Below are positions 14,591 through 24,331 of a stretch of DNA of 39,680 nucleotides, one piece after another. The translations under genes and the position numbers were made by a program. The DNA is from Candidatus Omnitrophota bacterium (lineage in GTDB: Bacteria; NPL-UPA2; BS750m-G34), in assembly GCA_016783345.1 (NCBI GenBank), contig JADHWT010000001.1, positions 1 to 39,680 of the forward strand, written 5' to 3'. Within the stretch, counting starts at the first letter, position 1; the number at the start of each line of letters is the position of its first letter. The notes under the pieces were generated by a model that was not told where the DNA came from, did no database searches, and saw only the letters and a program-made list of their open reading frames with translations.

Positions 14591-16693
14591 ATGCATATTA
14601 ATTTACTCTGGATGGCGCCGGCAGGGTCGATTGCAGCCTTACTTTTTAGTCTCTACCTTGCCATAAATATTCTCCGCATGGATGAAGGTAATGAGACAAT
14701 GAGGAAGATTGCAGATGCTGTAAAATCAGGGGCCCAGATCTTTCTCAAAAGGCAATACACAACTATCGGTATTTTTTTTGCCGTAGCGTTTATTATACTT
14801 TTTATTCTCATGAAAAAGGGTTATCTGCCGGGGCCTGTCCCATATGCATTTCTTACCGGAGGATTTTTTTCCGGACTTTCCGGTTATCTGGGGATGAATA
14901 TAGCGACACGTTCAAGCTCCAGAACAGCCTGTGCCAGTATGAAGAGCCTGAACAGCGGACTCAGGGTAGCGTTTTCCAGCGGAGCTATTATGGGCCTTAT
15001 GGTAGTTGGGATGGGTCTTCTCTACATCAGTATAGGATATTATTTCCTTAACTGGCTCTATCGGGCAATGCCTCTTACAGAGCGGATAGGTATGATTACG
15101 AGTGTAATGCTTTGTTTTGGTATGGGTGCCAGTTCCGTTGCCTTGTTCGCAAGAGTGGGGGGAGGAATCTTTACCAAGGCCGCGGATGTAGGCGCGGACC
15201 TTGTCGGAAAAGTTGAGGCAGGGATACCTGAAGATGACCCCCGCAATCCAGCTGTTATTGCTGATAACGTCGGTGACAATGTTGGTGATGTAGCCGGCAT
15301 GGGTGCTGATCTTTATGAATCCTATGTAGGTGCAATTGTTGCTACTATGGCCTTAGGTGCAGCTGCCTTTGGTAAATTGGGTATGAGTCTTCAGAGTATA
15401 ACAATTCCTATGGTAATAGCAGCAGTTGGAATAGTTTCTTCAATACTGGGAACATTTTTTGTCCGTTCCGGAGAAGAGGCTGATCAGGGTGTATTACTCA
15501 AGGCCCTGCGCAAGGGTGTATTCTTCAGCGCAGGCCTAATTGCAGTTGCTTCATTTTTTGTCGTCCGTTTTATTTTAGGAATGGAATATATTGGCATATT
15601 TGGTGCAGTTATAACTGGCCTTATAGCCGGGATTATCATCGGACTTTCTACTGAGTTTTTTACTTCTGCCCGTTATTCACCTACACGGTTCATTGCTGAT
15701 CAATCTTTAACAGGGCCGGCAACAGTGATTATTGGAGGATTAGCTGTTGGAATGTTATCAACAGTAATACCAGTTTTGATTGTGGGTATAGCAATACTTC
15801 TAAGTTATTTTTTACCGGGAGGCGCTAAAGACCCTAATATGGGGCTTTATGGTATTGGCATAGCTGCCGTAGGGATGTTAAGCACACTGGGTATTACTCT
15901 TGCTACTGATGCCTACGGGCCTGTGGCTGACAATGCAGGAGGGAATGCCGAGATGAGTAAGTTAGGCCCTGAAGTGCGCCAGCGTACTGACGCACTGGAT
16001 GCACTTGGAAATACAACTGCCGCGACAGGTAAAGGTTTTGCTATTGGTTCTGCAGCTCTTACTGCCTTAGCACTTATCGCGGCCTATCACAATGAAATTA
16101 TCCGATTAGGCGGGAGACTGAATCTTACACTCCTTAATCCCCGGGTTGTGGTGGGTCTCTTTATCGGCGGGATGCTCCCTTTTTTCTTTTGCTCTATGAC
16201 TATGAGTGCTGTAGGAAGGGCTGCAGGGAAGATTGTAGTAGAGGTACGGAGGCAGTTTAAAGAGATAAAGGGTCTTATGGAGGGTACGGCCTTGCCTGAC
16301 TATGCCTCTTGTGTAGACATAAGCACCAAGGCAGCCCAGAAGGAAATGATTGCTCCTGCTCTTTTGGCTGTTATAGCCCCTATTGCTGTAGGGCTTTTAG
16401 TGGGAATAGAGGCTAATGTGGGGCTTTTGGTGGGAACTACTGTCACAGGTTTTGTCATGGCTATGTTTTTGGCTAATACAGGCGGCGCATGGGACAATGC
16501 AAAAAAATTTATTGAAGAAGGTGCGCATGGGGGGAAAGGTTCTCTGCCGCATAAGGCAGTGGTTGTGGGAGATACTGTTGGGGATCCGTGCAAGGATACA
16601 GCCGGCCCTTCGATTAATATTCTTATAAAGCTTATGAGTATGGTTTCCATTGTATTTGCTTCGTTTATTATTGCAAATTCGCTGGTGAAGTGA
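14591..16693 (+). CDS. hppA: Membrane-integral pyrophosphatase (H+/Na+-PPase), K+-dependent subtype
   Basis: 700 aa and polytopic. Motifs [45 protein letters not shown] and [23 protein letters not shown] are present. Confidence 0.93.
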   Translation: MHINLLWMAPAGSIAALLFSLYLAINILRMDEGNETMRKIADAVKSGAQIFLKRQYTTIGIFFAVAFIILFILMKKGYLPGPVPYAFLTGGFFSGLSGYLGMNIATRSSSRTACASMKSLNSGLRVAFSSGAIMGLMVVGMGLLYISIGYYFLNWLYRAMPLTERIGMITSVMLCFGMGASSVALFARVGGGIFTKAADVGADLVGKVEAGIPEDDPRNPAVIADNVGDNVGDVAGMGADLYESYVGAIVATMALGAAAFGKLGMSLQSITIPMVIAAVGIVSSILGTFFVRSGEEADQGVLLKALRKGVFFSAGLIAVASFFVVRFILGMEYIGIFGAVITGLIAGIIIGLSTEFFTSARYSPTRFIADQSLTGPATVIIGGLAVGMLSTVIPVLIVGIAILLSYFLPGGAKDPNMGLYGIGIAAVGMLSTLGITLATDAYGPVADNAGGNAEMSKLGPEVRQRTDALDALGNTTAATGKGFAIGSAALTALALIAAYHNEIIRLGGRLNLTLLNPRVVVGLFIGGMLPFFFCSMTMSAVGRAAGKIVVEVRRQFKEIKGLMEGTALPDYASCVDISTKAAQKEMIAPALLAVIAPIAVGLLVGIEANVGLLVGTTVTGFVMAMFLANTGGAWDNAKKFIEEGAHGGKGSLPHKAVVVGDTVGDPCKDTAGPSINILIKLMSMVSIVFASFIIANSLVK

Positions 16694-17736
16694 ATAATAG
16701 CGCTGACAATTCGCTCATACGATTTATGCCAGCGCTATTGTTATTATTTTTCACCAGTTGCTCGTCATCCCCGCCGCTTTATAAAGAAACGCAGGTTCTT
16801 ATGGGGACGACTGTTGAGGTGACGATTGAGATAGGGCGCCCAAAGGGCATGCGCCTAAAAGGCGCTAGGGAAAGGGCCTCAGAAATTTCGAAAAGACTTT
16901 TTCATAGGCTTAAGGAACTTGAGACAAAATTTAGCCTGTATAACCCTGAGAGTGAAATTAACATGGTGAATAAAGTGGCGAGGGTAAAGTTAAGCCCTGA
17001 ATTTTTTGAGCTCTTAGAGAAAAGTTTAATCTATTCAGAGCTTACATCCGGTGCTTTTGATATCACTATTGCGCCTCTTGTAAAACTGTGGGGATTTAAA
17101 GAGCATAAGCCTAGGCTTCCCAAGGAAGAGGATATTAGAGATGCGCTTAAGAGAAGCGGCTATACCTCTATTATACTTTCAGCGAATGCGCATGAGGTAA
17201 GTTTTTCTAAGCCCGGCGTAGAGATAGACATGGGCGCTATAGCAAAAGGTTATATTGTTGATGAGGGAATAAAATTTTTAAAAAAAGAAGGGATTGATTC
17301 AGCCTTAATCAACGCAGGCGGAGACCTCTACTGCATAGGAACTCCATCCGGTAAAGAAGGTTGGAAAGTTGCGATACGGCATCCCCGTAAACGAGGTAAG
17401 AACATCGCGCAACTTACTATTAGTGATAAGGCTGTAGCCACTTCCGGAGATTATGAAAATTTCTTTCTCTATAAAGAGAGATTTTTAAGTCATGTGATTG
17501 ATCCAAGAACCGGATGGCCGTCTGAGACAGGTGTAGTAAGCGCTACAGTCATTTCACCTAAGAATTGCGAGGCGGATGCCCTGGCAACTGCGCTTATGGT
17601 CATGGATAAAAAGAAGGGGCTTGATTTAATCAATCACCTCGATGGAGTAGAGGCTATAATTGTCTCCCTTGAAGATGGTAAACTTAATACTGCTGTCTCT
17701 TCCGGGCTTGAAGGAAAGCTCAAATTTGAACTTTGA
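16690..17736 (+). CDS. apbE: FAD:protein FMN transferase (ApbE family) lipoprotein
   Basis: 348 aa. Lipobox-like [11 protein letters not shown]. ApbE blocks [30 protein letters not shown] and ATSGDYE are present. The GTG start overlaps the hppA stop. Confidence 0.85.
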   Translation: MNNSADNSLIRFMPALLLLFFTSCSSSPPLYKETQVLMGTTVEVTIEIGRPKGMRLKGARERASEISKRLFHRLKELETKFSLYNPESEINMVNKVARVKLSPEFFELLEKSLIYSELTSGAFDITIAPLVKLWGFKEHKPRLPKEEDIRDALKRSGYTSIILSANAHEVSFSKPGVEIDMGAIAKGYIVDEGIKFLKKEGIDSALINAGGDLYCIGTPSGKEGWKVAIRHPRKRGKNIAQLTISDKAVATSGDYENFFLYKERFLSHVIDPRTGWPSETGVVSATVISPKNCEADALATALMVMDKKKGLDLINHLDGVEAIIVSLEDGKLNTAVSSGLEGKLKFEL

Positions 17737-17737
17737 T

Positions 17738-19192
17738 ATGGTAAGAAACGTAATTCCAGTCTGGCGCTCTTTCCCTCTTAATGGATTTGCGCCTGTTGAC
17801 ATATATGAGAAGGTGCGGGGAGATCACAGCTTTTTACTTGAAAGTGTTCACGAATCCAAGGCGTTGCGCAATAACGGCGCGGGGCTCATTAACCGTTATT
17901 CTTTTATCGGTTTCGATCCATATCTTATTTTTAAAAGTAAAGGGCAGGAGATACGAATGGAAGAAGACGGGCATGTTGTTTCTGAGAGCGGAGAGCCGAT
18001 TAAGAGATTAAGGGAATTAATGAACCGGTTTAAATTAGCTGGGGCTAAGGAACTGCCGCCTTTTTCAGGCGGCGCAGTCGGGTATTTGAGTTATGATGCC
18101 AGACATTTTTTTGAGAGGCTTCCCAGAATGGCTCCGGACGACTTAAGAATTCCTGATGTATATTTTGTCTTTACTGATAAGGTCATTGCCTTTGACCACT
18201 ATGATAAAAAGTTTTTTATTATTTGTCAGACAAGATTAGGAGGATATAATTCTCGCGAAGCAGAGAAGGAATTGCAACGCTTAGAGAAAAAGATTTTTTC
18301 AAAACGCGAAGCATCCAAGAAAAATGGTTCTTTGTTTTTAGGGTCAAAGATAGAATCAAATTTCACCAGAGATGAATTTAAGTCCATGGTCAAGAAAGCC
18401 AAGGAACATATAAAGTGCGGAGATATCTATCAGGCAAATCTGTCTCAGAGGTTATCCACTTCCATAGAAGGTGACCCATTGGATTTGTATAAGATATTAC
18501 GACAGATAAATCCGTCTCCATTCGCCTCATATTTAGATTTTGATGAAGTAAAGATTGTAAGTTCCTCTCCTGAAAGACTCCTCCTTGTGAAGGGGAGGGA
18601 AGTAGAGACACGTCCCATTGCCGGGACAAGGCCGCGCGGTAGAAGCAGGGCTGAAGATAAAAGACTTTCCCGCAGATTAATCCTGAGCCCTAAGGAGAGG
18701 GCTGAGCATATAATGCTTGTTGATTTAGAGAGAAATGATTTAGGCAGGGTCTGCAGGTATGGGACAGTAGAGGTAAATGAATTGATGACACTTGAGAATT
18801 ATTCTCATGTTATCCATATTGTATCCAATGTTAGGGGGAGACTTAAGCCCGGCATGGACAGATTCAGCGCATTGGCTGCATGTTTTCCGGGCGGGACTAT
18901 CACCGGGACACCCAAGATAAGGTCAATGGAGATAATCGATGAATTAGAGAAGGTTGCGAGGTCCATCTACACCGGCTCTATTGGTTATTTCAATTATGGC
19001 GGCGAGATGGATTTAAATATTGTCATACGCACATTTGTCATAGCAGACGGCCATGCCTATATACAGGTTGGAGCGGGGATTGTAGCTGATTCAGACCCTG
19101 AAAGAGAATACTATGAGACCCTTCATAAGGCAGATGCGCTTATAAGCGCGGTAAGGAAAGTAAAATTGAAAAATGAAGCTCTCTCTGTCTAA
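17738..19192 (+). CDS. pabB: Aminodeoxychorismate (or anthranilate) synthase component I
   Basis: Start moved to ATG 17738, one nt after the apbE stop. Chorismate-binding blocks SSSPERLL, RPIAGTRPRG, EHIMLVDLERNDLGRV, FPGGTITGTPKIRSMEIIDELE and IYTGSIGY are present. The PabB call rests on the overlapping class IV aminotransferase gene. Confidence 0.75.
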   Translation: MVRNVIPVWRSFPLNGFAPVDIYEKVRGDHSFLLESVHESKALRNNGAGLINRYSFIGFDPYLIFKSKGQEIRMEEDGHVVSESGEPIKRLRELMNRFKLAGAKELPPFSGGAVGYLSYDARHFFERLPRMAPDDLRIPDVYFVFTDKVIAFDHYDKKFFIICQTRLGGYNSREAEKELQRLEKKIFSKREASKKNGSLFLGSKIESNFTRDEFKSMVKKAKEHIKCGDIYQANLSQRLSTSIEGDPLDLYKILRQINPSPFASYLDFDEVKIVSSSPERLLLVKGREVETRPIAGTRPRGRSRAEDKRLSRRLILSPKERAEHIMLVDLERNDLGRVCRYGTVEVNELMTLENYSHVIHIVSNVRGRLKPGMDRFSALAACFPGGTITGTPKIRSMEIIDELEKVARSIYTGSIGYFNYGGEMDLNIVIRTFVIADGHAYIQVGAGIVADSDPEREYYETLHKADALISAVRKVKLKNEALSV

Positions 19193-19997
19193 AATTTCTG
19201 TCTTTGAGAGGGGATACCTCTACGGCGACGGTATTTTTGATACAATGCGCAGTTACAACGGCAGGATTTTTAGATTTGAAGACCATATGGAAAGATTGAA
19301 AAAGAATGCGCGCGCTTTGAGGATCCCTGCATCAGGGTCTCGTGAACTTAAGGGCCTTATTTTAAAGGCGCTCAAAAAGAATAGATTAAAAGATGCTTAT
19401 ATCAGGGTTAGTCTTTCCCGCGGGAAAGCCGGGCTCGGTCCCGCACCGGTTAAAGGAGTAGAGCCGTCTCTTACTATAATTGTGCGTCCTTCAAAGGTTT
19501 ATCCGCGGCATTTTTACAGGAAAGGTGTAGAGATATTGATATCTTCCACGCGCAGGATGCCTCCTTGCGCCCTGGACGGAAAGATAAAATCCATGAATTA
19601 TCTGAATAGCATCCTGGCCAGGGAAGAGGCCACGAGAAGCAAGGCTTTTGAGACAATACTACTTTCGGAAGAAGGGTACGTAACTGAAGGGACATGCAGT
19701 AATATCTTTATCGTAAGAGACGGGAAAGTTATTACTTCTCCGTCATTCCTAGGGACGTTAGAGGGCATTACCAGGAAGGTAGTTCTGGAGATAGCAGAGA
19801 GATTGGGTATAAAGATAGAGTTGACTCCATTCACTAACTATGATATTTATACTGCAGAGGAATGTTTTCTTACAAGTACCGGTATAGAAGTTATGCCAAT
19901 AAGAATAGTTGACAGAAGGATTATAGGTAAGGGCGCACCCGGCAAGATAACACAGCTTATCAGAGAAGAGTTTTTAAACGAAAGGAGCAGGAGATGA
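19173..19997 (+). CDS. pabC: Class IV aminotransferase, probably aminodeoxychorismate lyase
   Basis: 274 aa. YGDGIFDTMRSYNG, Lys context DGKIKSMNYLNSILA, EG..SNIF.V and TGI.PI are present. It overlaps pabB by 20 nt. Confidence 0.7.
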   Translation: MKLSLSKISVFERGYLYGDGIFDTMRSYNGRIFRFEDHMERLKKNARALRIPASGSRELKGLILKALKKNRLKDAYIRVSLSRGKAGLGPAPVKGVEPSLTIIVRPSKVYPRHFYRKGVEILISSTRRMPPCALDGKIKSMNYLNSILAREEATRSKAFETILLSEEGYVTEGTCSNIFIVRDGKVITSPSFLGTLEGITRKVVLEIAERLGIKIELTPFTNYDIYTAEECFLTSTGIEVMPIRIVDRRIIGKGAPGKITQLIREEFLNERSRR

Positions 19998-21322
19998 AGG
20001 TAAGGGATGCTAAAGACGTAAGAAAAATTGTAAAAGAACTGGACGTGAAATTTATCCGCATCTGGTTTACAGACGTATTGGGATTCCTTAAAGGTCTTAC
20101 AATTACTGTAAGCGAGTTAGAAAGAGCCATGGAAGATGGAATGGGGTTTGACGGCTCTTCTATTGAGGGATTTGCCCGCATTGAAGAGAGTGATATGATT
20201 GCCAGACTTGACCCCAAAACTTTTCAGATTATGCCGTGGAAAGAAAACGGTCTTACAGTAGCGCGGCTTTTTGCCGATATCTTCAAGCCGGATGGTAAGC
20301 CATTTGCGGCTGACCCGCGCTATATACTTAAAAAGAACCTTGAACGTGCGAGTAAAATGGGCTACACCTACTATATTGGTCCGGAACTTGAGTATTTTTA
20401 TTTTACTGATAAACAATCCACAAAATTTCTGGATAGTGGAGGTTATTTTGATGTCACCACATTTGACGTAGCAAGATCATTGCGCAAGCAGACTGTTACT
20501 TGCCTGGAGTCTCTGGGAATTCAGGTGGAATACAGTCACCATGAAGTTGCGTCTTCTCAGCATGAAATTGATCTTAGATATAAGGATGCCATGACCATGG
20601 CTGACCAGGTTATGACTTATAGGTTTACAGTAAAAGAAGTAGCCCGATTAAATAATTGTTACGCTACCTTTATGCCAAAACCGGTCTTTGGAATAAATGG
20701 CAGCGGTATGCATACACATCAGTCTCTATTTAAAGGAAACAGGAATGCATTTTTTGACGCCAAAGATAAATATCATCTTTCCAGCGTGGGTAAAGGTTTT
20801 ATTGCAGGGATACTTGCTCACGCCCGTGAGATTACTTCTGTAACCAATCAGTGGGTTAATTCTTATAAGAGATTGGTTCCGGGATATGAAGCCCCTGTCT
20901 ATATCACCTGGGCCCAGAGGAATCGTTCTTCACTCGTAAGAGTGCCCATGTATAAGCCAGGAAAAGAACACGCTACACGCGTAGAATTCCGCAGTCCGGA
21001 TCCTGCCTGCAATCCATATCTTGCATTTTCTGCAATGCTTGCAGCCGGCCTTGAAGGCATAGAGAAAAAATATAAACTACCGGATCCTGTTCCGCACAAT
21101 ATTTTCGAGATGAGTGAAAAGGATAGGCAAAAACTTAATATAGAGAGTCTTCCAGAAGATCTTTGGGAAGCTATCCATCTTACGGAAAAAAGCAAGTTGC
21201 TTCAAAAGGCCTTAGGTGAGGAGCTCTTTGCATATTTCATCCGCAATAAAAAGATGGAGTGGGACGAATACAAAGGACAGATAAGCCAATACGAATTAGA
21301 TAAATATTTACCCATTCTTTAA
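19994..21322 (+). CDS. glnA: Glutamine synthetase type I
   Basis: 442 aa. FDGSSIEGF, GPELEYF, GSGMHTHQSL, SYKRLVPGYEAP, NRS.LVR.P and R.PD...NPYLA are present. The start overlaps the pabC stop (ATGA). Confidence 0.93.
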   Translation: MKVRDAKDVRKIVKELDVKFIRIWFTDVLGFLKGLTITVSELERAMEDGMGFDGSSIEGFARIEESDMIARLDPKTFQIMPWKENGLTVARLFADIFKPDGKPFAADPRYILKKNLERASKMGYTYYIGPELEYFYFTDKQSTKFLDSGGYFDVTTFDVARSLRKQTVTCLESLGIQVEYSHHEVASSQHEIDLRYKDAMTMADQVMTYRFTVKEVARLNNCYATFMPKPVFGINGSGMHTHQSLFKGNRNAFFDAKDKYHLSSVGKGFIAGILAHAREITSVTNQWVNSYKRLVPGYEAPVYITWAQRNRSSLVRVPMYKPGKEHATRVEFRSPDPACNPYLAFSAMLAAGLEGIEKKYKLPDPVPHNIFEMSEKDRQKLNIESLPEDLWEAIHLTEKSKLLQKALGEELFAYFIRNKKMEWDEYKGQISQYELDKYLPIL

Positions 21323-21391
21323 TGAGCACGTGGCTTATGTCTGGCATAAGTCACAGGTGCGAATTATGAAACGATTTTCTTATTGACAAAA

Positions 21392-21709
21392 ATGTTTCGT
21401 ATGTTATTCTGCAATAGGGGAATAATATTTTTTTTAAGCCTTGTGATTCTGGCTGGCTGCGCTACCCCGCGCCGTACTGGTATTGGGCCGCTTGTACCTG
21501 TAGAAAAGAAAAAGGCAACTATTACTACTGATGATTCCCCGCGATATCTCAGGTATATTGTCCAGAGAGGAGACAGCCTCTGGAAGATTTCACAGATGGC
21601 ATATAATGATTCAGGAAAGTGGAAAAAGATATTTGAGGCCAACAGGGATAAAATTAAAGACGTCAAAAGCCTTAAGCCGGGAGAGATTATAATTATTCCA
21701 ATAGAGTGA
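21392..21709 (+). CDS. LysM-domain lipoprotein
   Basis: Lipobox LVILAGCA. LysM region YIVQRGDSLWKISQMAYNDSGKWKKIFEANRDKIKDVKSLKPGEIIIIP. ATG 21392 is preferred over ORF-track TTG 21383, which sits in a TTGACA box. Confidence 0.8.
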   Translation: MFRMLFCNRGIIFFLSLVILAGCATPRRTGIGPLVPVEKKKATITTDDSPRYLRYIVQRGDSLWKISQMAYNDSGKWKKIFEANRDKIKDVKSLKPGEIIIIPIE

Positions 21710-21732
21710 TTGGAAGTGTCGAAGGTGAAAGA

Positions 21733-21824
21733 GTATGTCCCTTGTCGCAGAAGATGTTGCGACTTCGGGATTAATTCGAGCATACACTTTATGAAACATA
21801 AAGTGTGCTCTCATTAAAAGGAGG
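21733..21824 (+). promoter_or_regulatory. Conserved two-hairpin 5'-leader element, copy 2 (upstream of the PGVGQYYN membrane protein)
   Basis: P1 is TCCC-TT-GTCGC (21738-21748), loop AGAAGATGTT, then GCGAC-TTC-GGGA (21759-21770). P2 is GAGC-AT-ACACTTTATG-AAA-CATAAAGTGT-GCTC (21778-21810). TCATTAAAAGGAGG follows. Confidence 0.65.
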
Positions 21825-21831
21825 TGGAAAA

Positions 21832-22215
21832 GTGAGAAAGTTAGTAGTTATTTTAGCGGTTGTTCTTCTTTTAGGTTTTGCCCAGGATGTCCTGGCTGAC
21901 GGTGCGGGATGGGTTCCTCCAGCTGGAGAGAAGGATCCGAATACTGCACTGGTCCTTTCAGCTCTCCTCCCCGGAGTGGGTCAATACTATAATGACCAGC
22001 TGTATTATAAAGGTATAGCTTTTGGGCTGGCGGAAGCATTAGGATGGGTAATTGTAGGCGCAACTTCTGACGAGTGGTTTGGTTTTACTATAATTTGCGT
22101 TAACCATATAGCAAGCGCAGTTGACGCATATGTCCAGGCTGGCAGGGTCAATCAGGGAGTAAGTCTCAATATAACACCTGAGGGTCCGGTCTTAGCCTAT
22201 AGCCATAGTTTCTAA
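21832..22215 (+). CDS. Small secreted/membrane protein with PGVGQYYN motif (paralogue of 2802-3260)
   Basis: 127 aa. GTG 21832 follows AAAAGGAGGTGG. It has a signal-like N-terminus, LLPGVGQYYNDQ, a hydrophobic segment, VDAYV, and a C-terminal ...HSF. Confidence 0.7.
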   Translation: MRKLVVILAVVLLLGFAQDVLADGAGWVPPAGEKDPNTALVLSALLPGVGQYYNDQLYYKGIAFGLAEALGWVIVGATSDEWFGFTIICVNHIASAVDAYVQAGRVNQGVSLNITPEGPVLAYSHSF

Positions 22216-22230
22216 CGACGTTTGGAATAT

Positions 22231-22275
22231 AAGGGAGCTGCTTTTCATTAACATTAGATGAGCAGCTCCCTTTTT
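22231..22275 (+). terminator. Intrinsic terminator overlapping the comF start codon
   Basis: Perfect 12-bp stem AAGGGAGCTGCT (22231-22242) / AGCAGCTCCCTT (22261-22272), an 18-nt loop, and a T5 tract at 22271-22275. It begins 16 nt after the upstream stop. Confidence 0.7.
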
Positions 22276-22980
22276 AACTTTTTTGAAACCCTTCTCGATT
22301 TATTCTATCCTCGTTTTTGTTTCTCGTGTCAGGATAAAATAAAAGATAGGGGAGCGGTTTATCTCTGTGCGAAGTGCATCTCCAGTGTTGACACTATCGG
22401 AGAGCATGTCTGCCCGGTTTGCGGGAGACATGGTTCCATAGATATATGCCCATCCTGCTGGGAAGAGAGGCCGCCATATAAGATGGCAAGGGCTGCTGGT
22501 TTTTATGAAGGGATTCTAAAGGAAGGTATACACAGACTAAAATATAACGGTCATGTTCATTTTGTCCCCACTCTTGCAAGGTTTTTGATTCATGCATTTA
22601 AAAAAGAAAAAGAGTGGCGCGGGGAAATAGACCTTGTTATACCCGTGCCTATGGATAGAAGAAGGGAGCGGGAAAGGGGATTTAATCAATCACGTCTATT
22701 GGCAAAATATTTTTCTAAAAATTTGTCCTTTCCATGCAAAGGTGATATTTTACGAAAAGTTAAAAAGACCCTTCCGCAGGTAAACTTAACCAGAGAAAAA
22801 AGATTGGTTAATTTAGCAGGCGCCTTTTATTTAAATCCCGGAGAATCTCTTTCCGGGAAAGGAATTTTATTAATTGACGATGTTTATACTACAGGCGCGA
22901 CTGTCACAGAATGTAGTAATACATTACTTAGGGGCGGAGCCAGGGATGTAAATGTTCTCACTCTGGCCAGGGGGGCTTAA
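22258..22980 (+). CDS. comF: ComF-family protein (phosphoribosyltransferase domain)
   Basis: 240 aa. N-terminal Cys-rich LFYPRFCFSC...CAKC...CPVCG...CPSC, the ERGFNQS motif, and PRTase loop LLIDDVYTTGATV. Confidence 0.85.
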   Translation: MSSSLFNFFETLLDLFYPRFCFSCQDKIKDRGAVYLCAKCISSVDTIGEHVCPVCGRHGSIDICPSCWEERPPYKMARAAGFYEGILKEGIHRLKYNGHVHFVPTLARFLIHAFKKEKEWRGEIDLVIPVPMDRRRERERGFNQSRLLAKYFSKNLSFPCKGDILRKVKKTLPQVNLTREKRLVNLAGAFYLNPGESLSGKGILLIDDVYTTGATVTECSNTLLRGGARDVNVLTLARGA

Positions 22981-23047
22981 ACAGAAAGAAAGCAAAAAAA
23001 TGGGTAATTCAGGTTATACATTTTCTGTGTAGAAAGGAATAGCAGTT

Positions 23048-24331
23048 ATGAAAAAAAGGATAATGATTTTTTTAATATTATGGCCTCTACTTTGTGTTGG
23101 GGTCATAGCTCAAGAATCTAAAGCTATTGAGGAACCGAAAGTTAAAGAGGATGAGATAAGCTATCTTGATATCCAGAAGGATACTCCTCATATTTCGGTT
23201 CTCGAAGCTAAAAAATATAAAACAGACGATGGGAAAAGAATGGTGGAGGTAACGATAGAGAATACTTCCAGCCTGGAGATACCCAATATAATCGTTTCTT
23301 TAAAAATGGGGACATTAATCGTGGGAGTGCCTTATGAGATATTTATTCCAGCCTTAGGATGCAAAGAGAAAAAAACGTTTTCATATCAATTGCTTAAGGA
23401 AGGCGATGAAGTGACAATAGAAATGCAGTTTTTAAATAAATCATATGCCTCGACTGTCTATTTAACAAGGGTTGGACAGGAACTGCCTAGCATAAATTCC
23501 GCCCAGTTTGCTCAGGAAGGGACGCTGGGCAGTAAGGTCAGTTTTAATATAAATATGGAGAGGTTAGCCGGCGAAGAAAAAAACTTTCGCCTGGTAGTGC
23601 TGAATCTGCCTCGCCAGCTGGATTTTAGCTTTATTGACTCAGCTACTAAGGCGCAGGTAAATCAAGTGAAATTTAGCGAGCAAATTACTACGCAGTCCTT
23701 AAATCTTGAAATTGCCATACCTGAAAAATTAGACCAGGAATTTGTAGATAGGGTTATAGAGTTCTATGTCTTTATCACAGAAGCTTCTGCCTTTCCGACC
23801 ATAAATGCCCTTCACGAAAAGTATGGTTCTAATCCTATAGAGCTTGAAGATATTAAGAAAATCAACGGGAATAAAGTCCGCCTGGAATTAATTCCCAAGG
23901 GGAAAGGTGAATTAGAAGTAGTTATTTCTAACCGTTATCAGGAGATAAAAGTTGGGGAAAAGACTACTATCAGAATAGCTATATATAATAGCGGGACTTT
24001 GAGTCTAATTAATGTTAAGACCGAAGTGGATTTACCTTATGAATGGCAGGCAGAAGTAAAACCAAATCTTATAAAAGAAATATCGCCGGGTGAGAAAGAA
24101 CCGATTAATATTACTGTTATTCCTCCCAAAGATATAGGCATTGGAGAATACGATATCAATGTTAAAGGCGTAGGCGAGGTAGGAAATGAGAAGATAGAGT
24201 CCAAAGAAAAAGACATTATTATCCGGGTAGGGACAAAGGCCAATATTTTAGGTAATATCATTCTTATAGGCATACTGATTATACTGGTAGTTGGCATAGC
24301 TATCGCCAGTATAAAGATAAGCCGAAGATGA
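23048..24331 (+). CDS. Signal-peptide protein with repeated beta-sandwich (NEW3/CARDB-like) modules and a C-terminal TM anchor
   Basis: 427 aa. Signal MKKRIMIFLILWPLLCVGVIAQE. The module IRIAIYNSGTLSLINVKTEVDLPYEWQAEV.P..I.EISPGEKEPINITVIPPKDIGIGEYDINV resembles COG1470/NPCBM-associated NEW3 domains (from memory). The C-terminal helix is ILGNIILIGILIILVVGIAIASI followed by KISRR. Confidence 0.6.
   Translation: MKKRIMIFLILWPLLCVGVIAQESKAIEEPKVKEDEISYLDIQKDTPHISVLEAKKYKTDDGKRMVEVTIENTSSLEIPNIIVSLKMGTLIVGVPYEIFIPALGCKEKKTFSYQLLKEGDEVTIEMQFLNKSYASTVYLTRVGQELPSINSAQFAQEGTLGSKVSFNINMERLAGEEKNFRLVVLNLPRQLDFSFIDSATKAQVNQVKFSEQITTQSLNLEIAIPEKLDQEFVDRVIEFYVFITEASAFPTINALHEKYGSNPIELEDIKKINGNKVRLELIPKGKGELEVVISNRYQEIKVGEKTTIRIAIYNSGTLSLINVKTEVDLPYEWQAEVKPNLIKEISPGEKEPINITVIPPKDIGIGEYDINVKGVGEVGNEKIESKEKDIIIRVGTKANILGNIILIGILIILVVGIAIASIKISRR

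Noticed and set aside
17660-17737. ORF-track 5' extension of pabB overlapping apbE by 77 nt.
   Set aside because: ATG 17738 sits directly after the apbE stop, and the homologous region begins there. The extension has no homology value.
21330-21354. Hairpin GTGGCTTATG-TCTGG-CATAAGTCAC after glnA as a terminator.
   Set aside because: The 10-bp stem includes one G-U pair and has no following U-tract. It may be a weak or Rho-assisted terminator, but the evidence is too thin to call.
21383-21391. TTG start for the LysM lipoprotein, and GTG 21805 for the downstream membrane protein.
   Set aside because: TTG 21383 is part of a TTGACA -35-like box. GTG 21805 lies inside hairpin P2 of the conserved leader and upstream of the RBS. 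ATG 21392 and GTG 21832 fit the signal peptides and RBS better.
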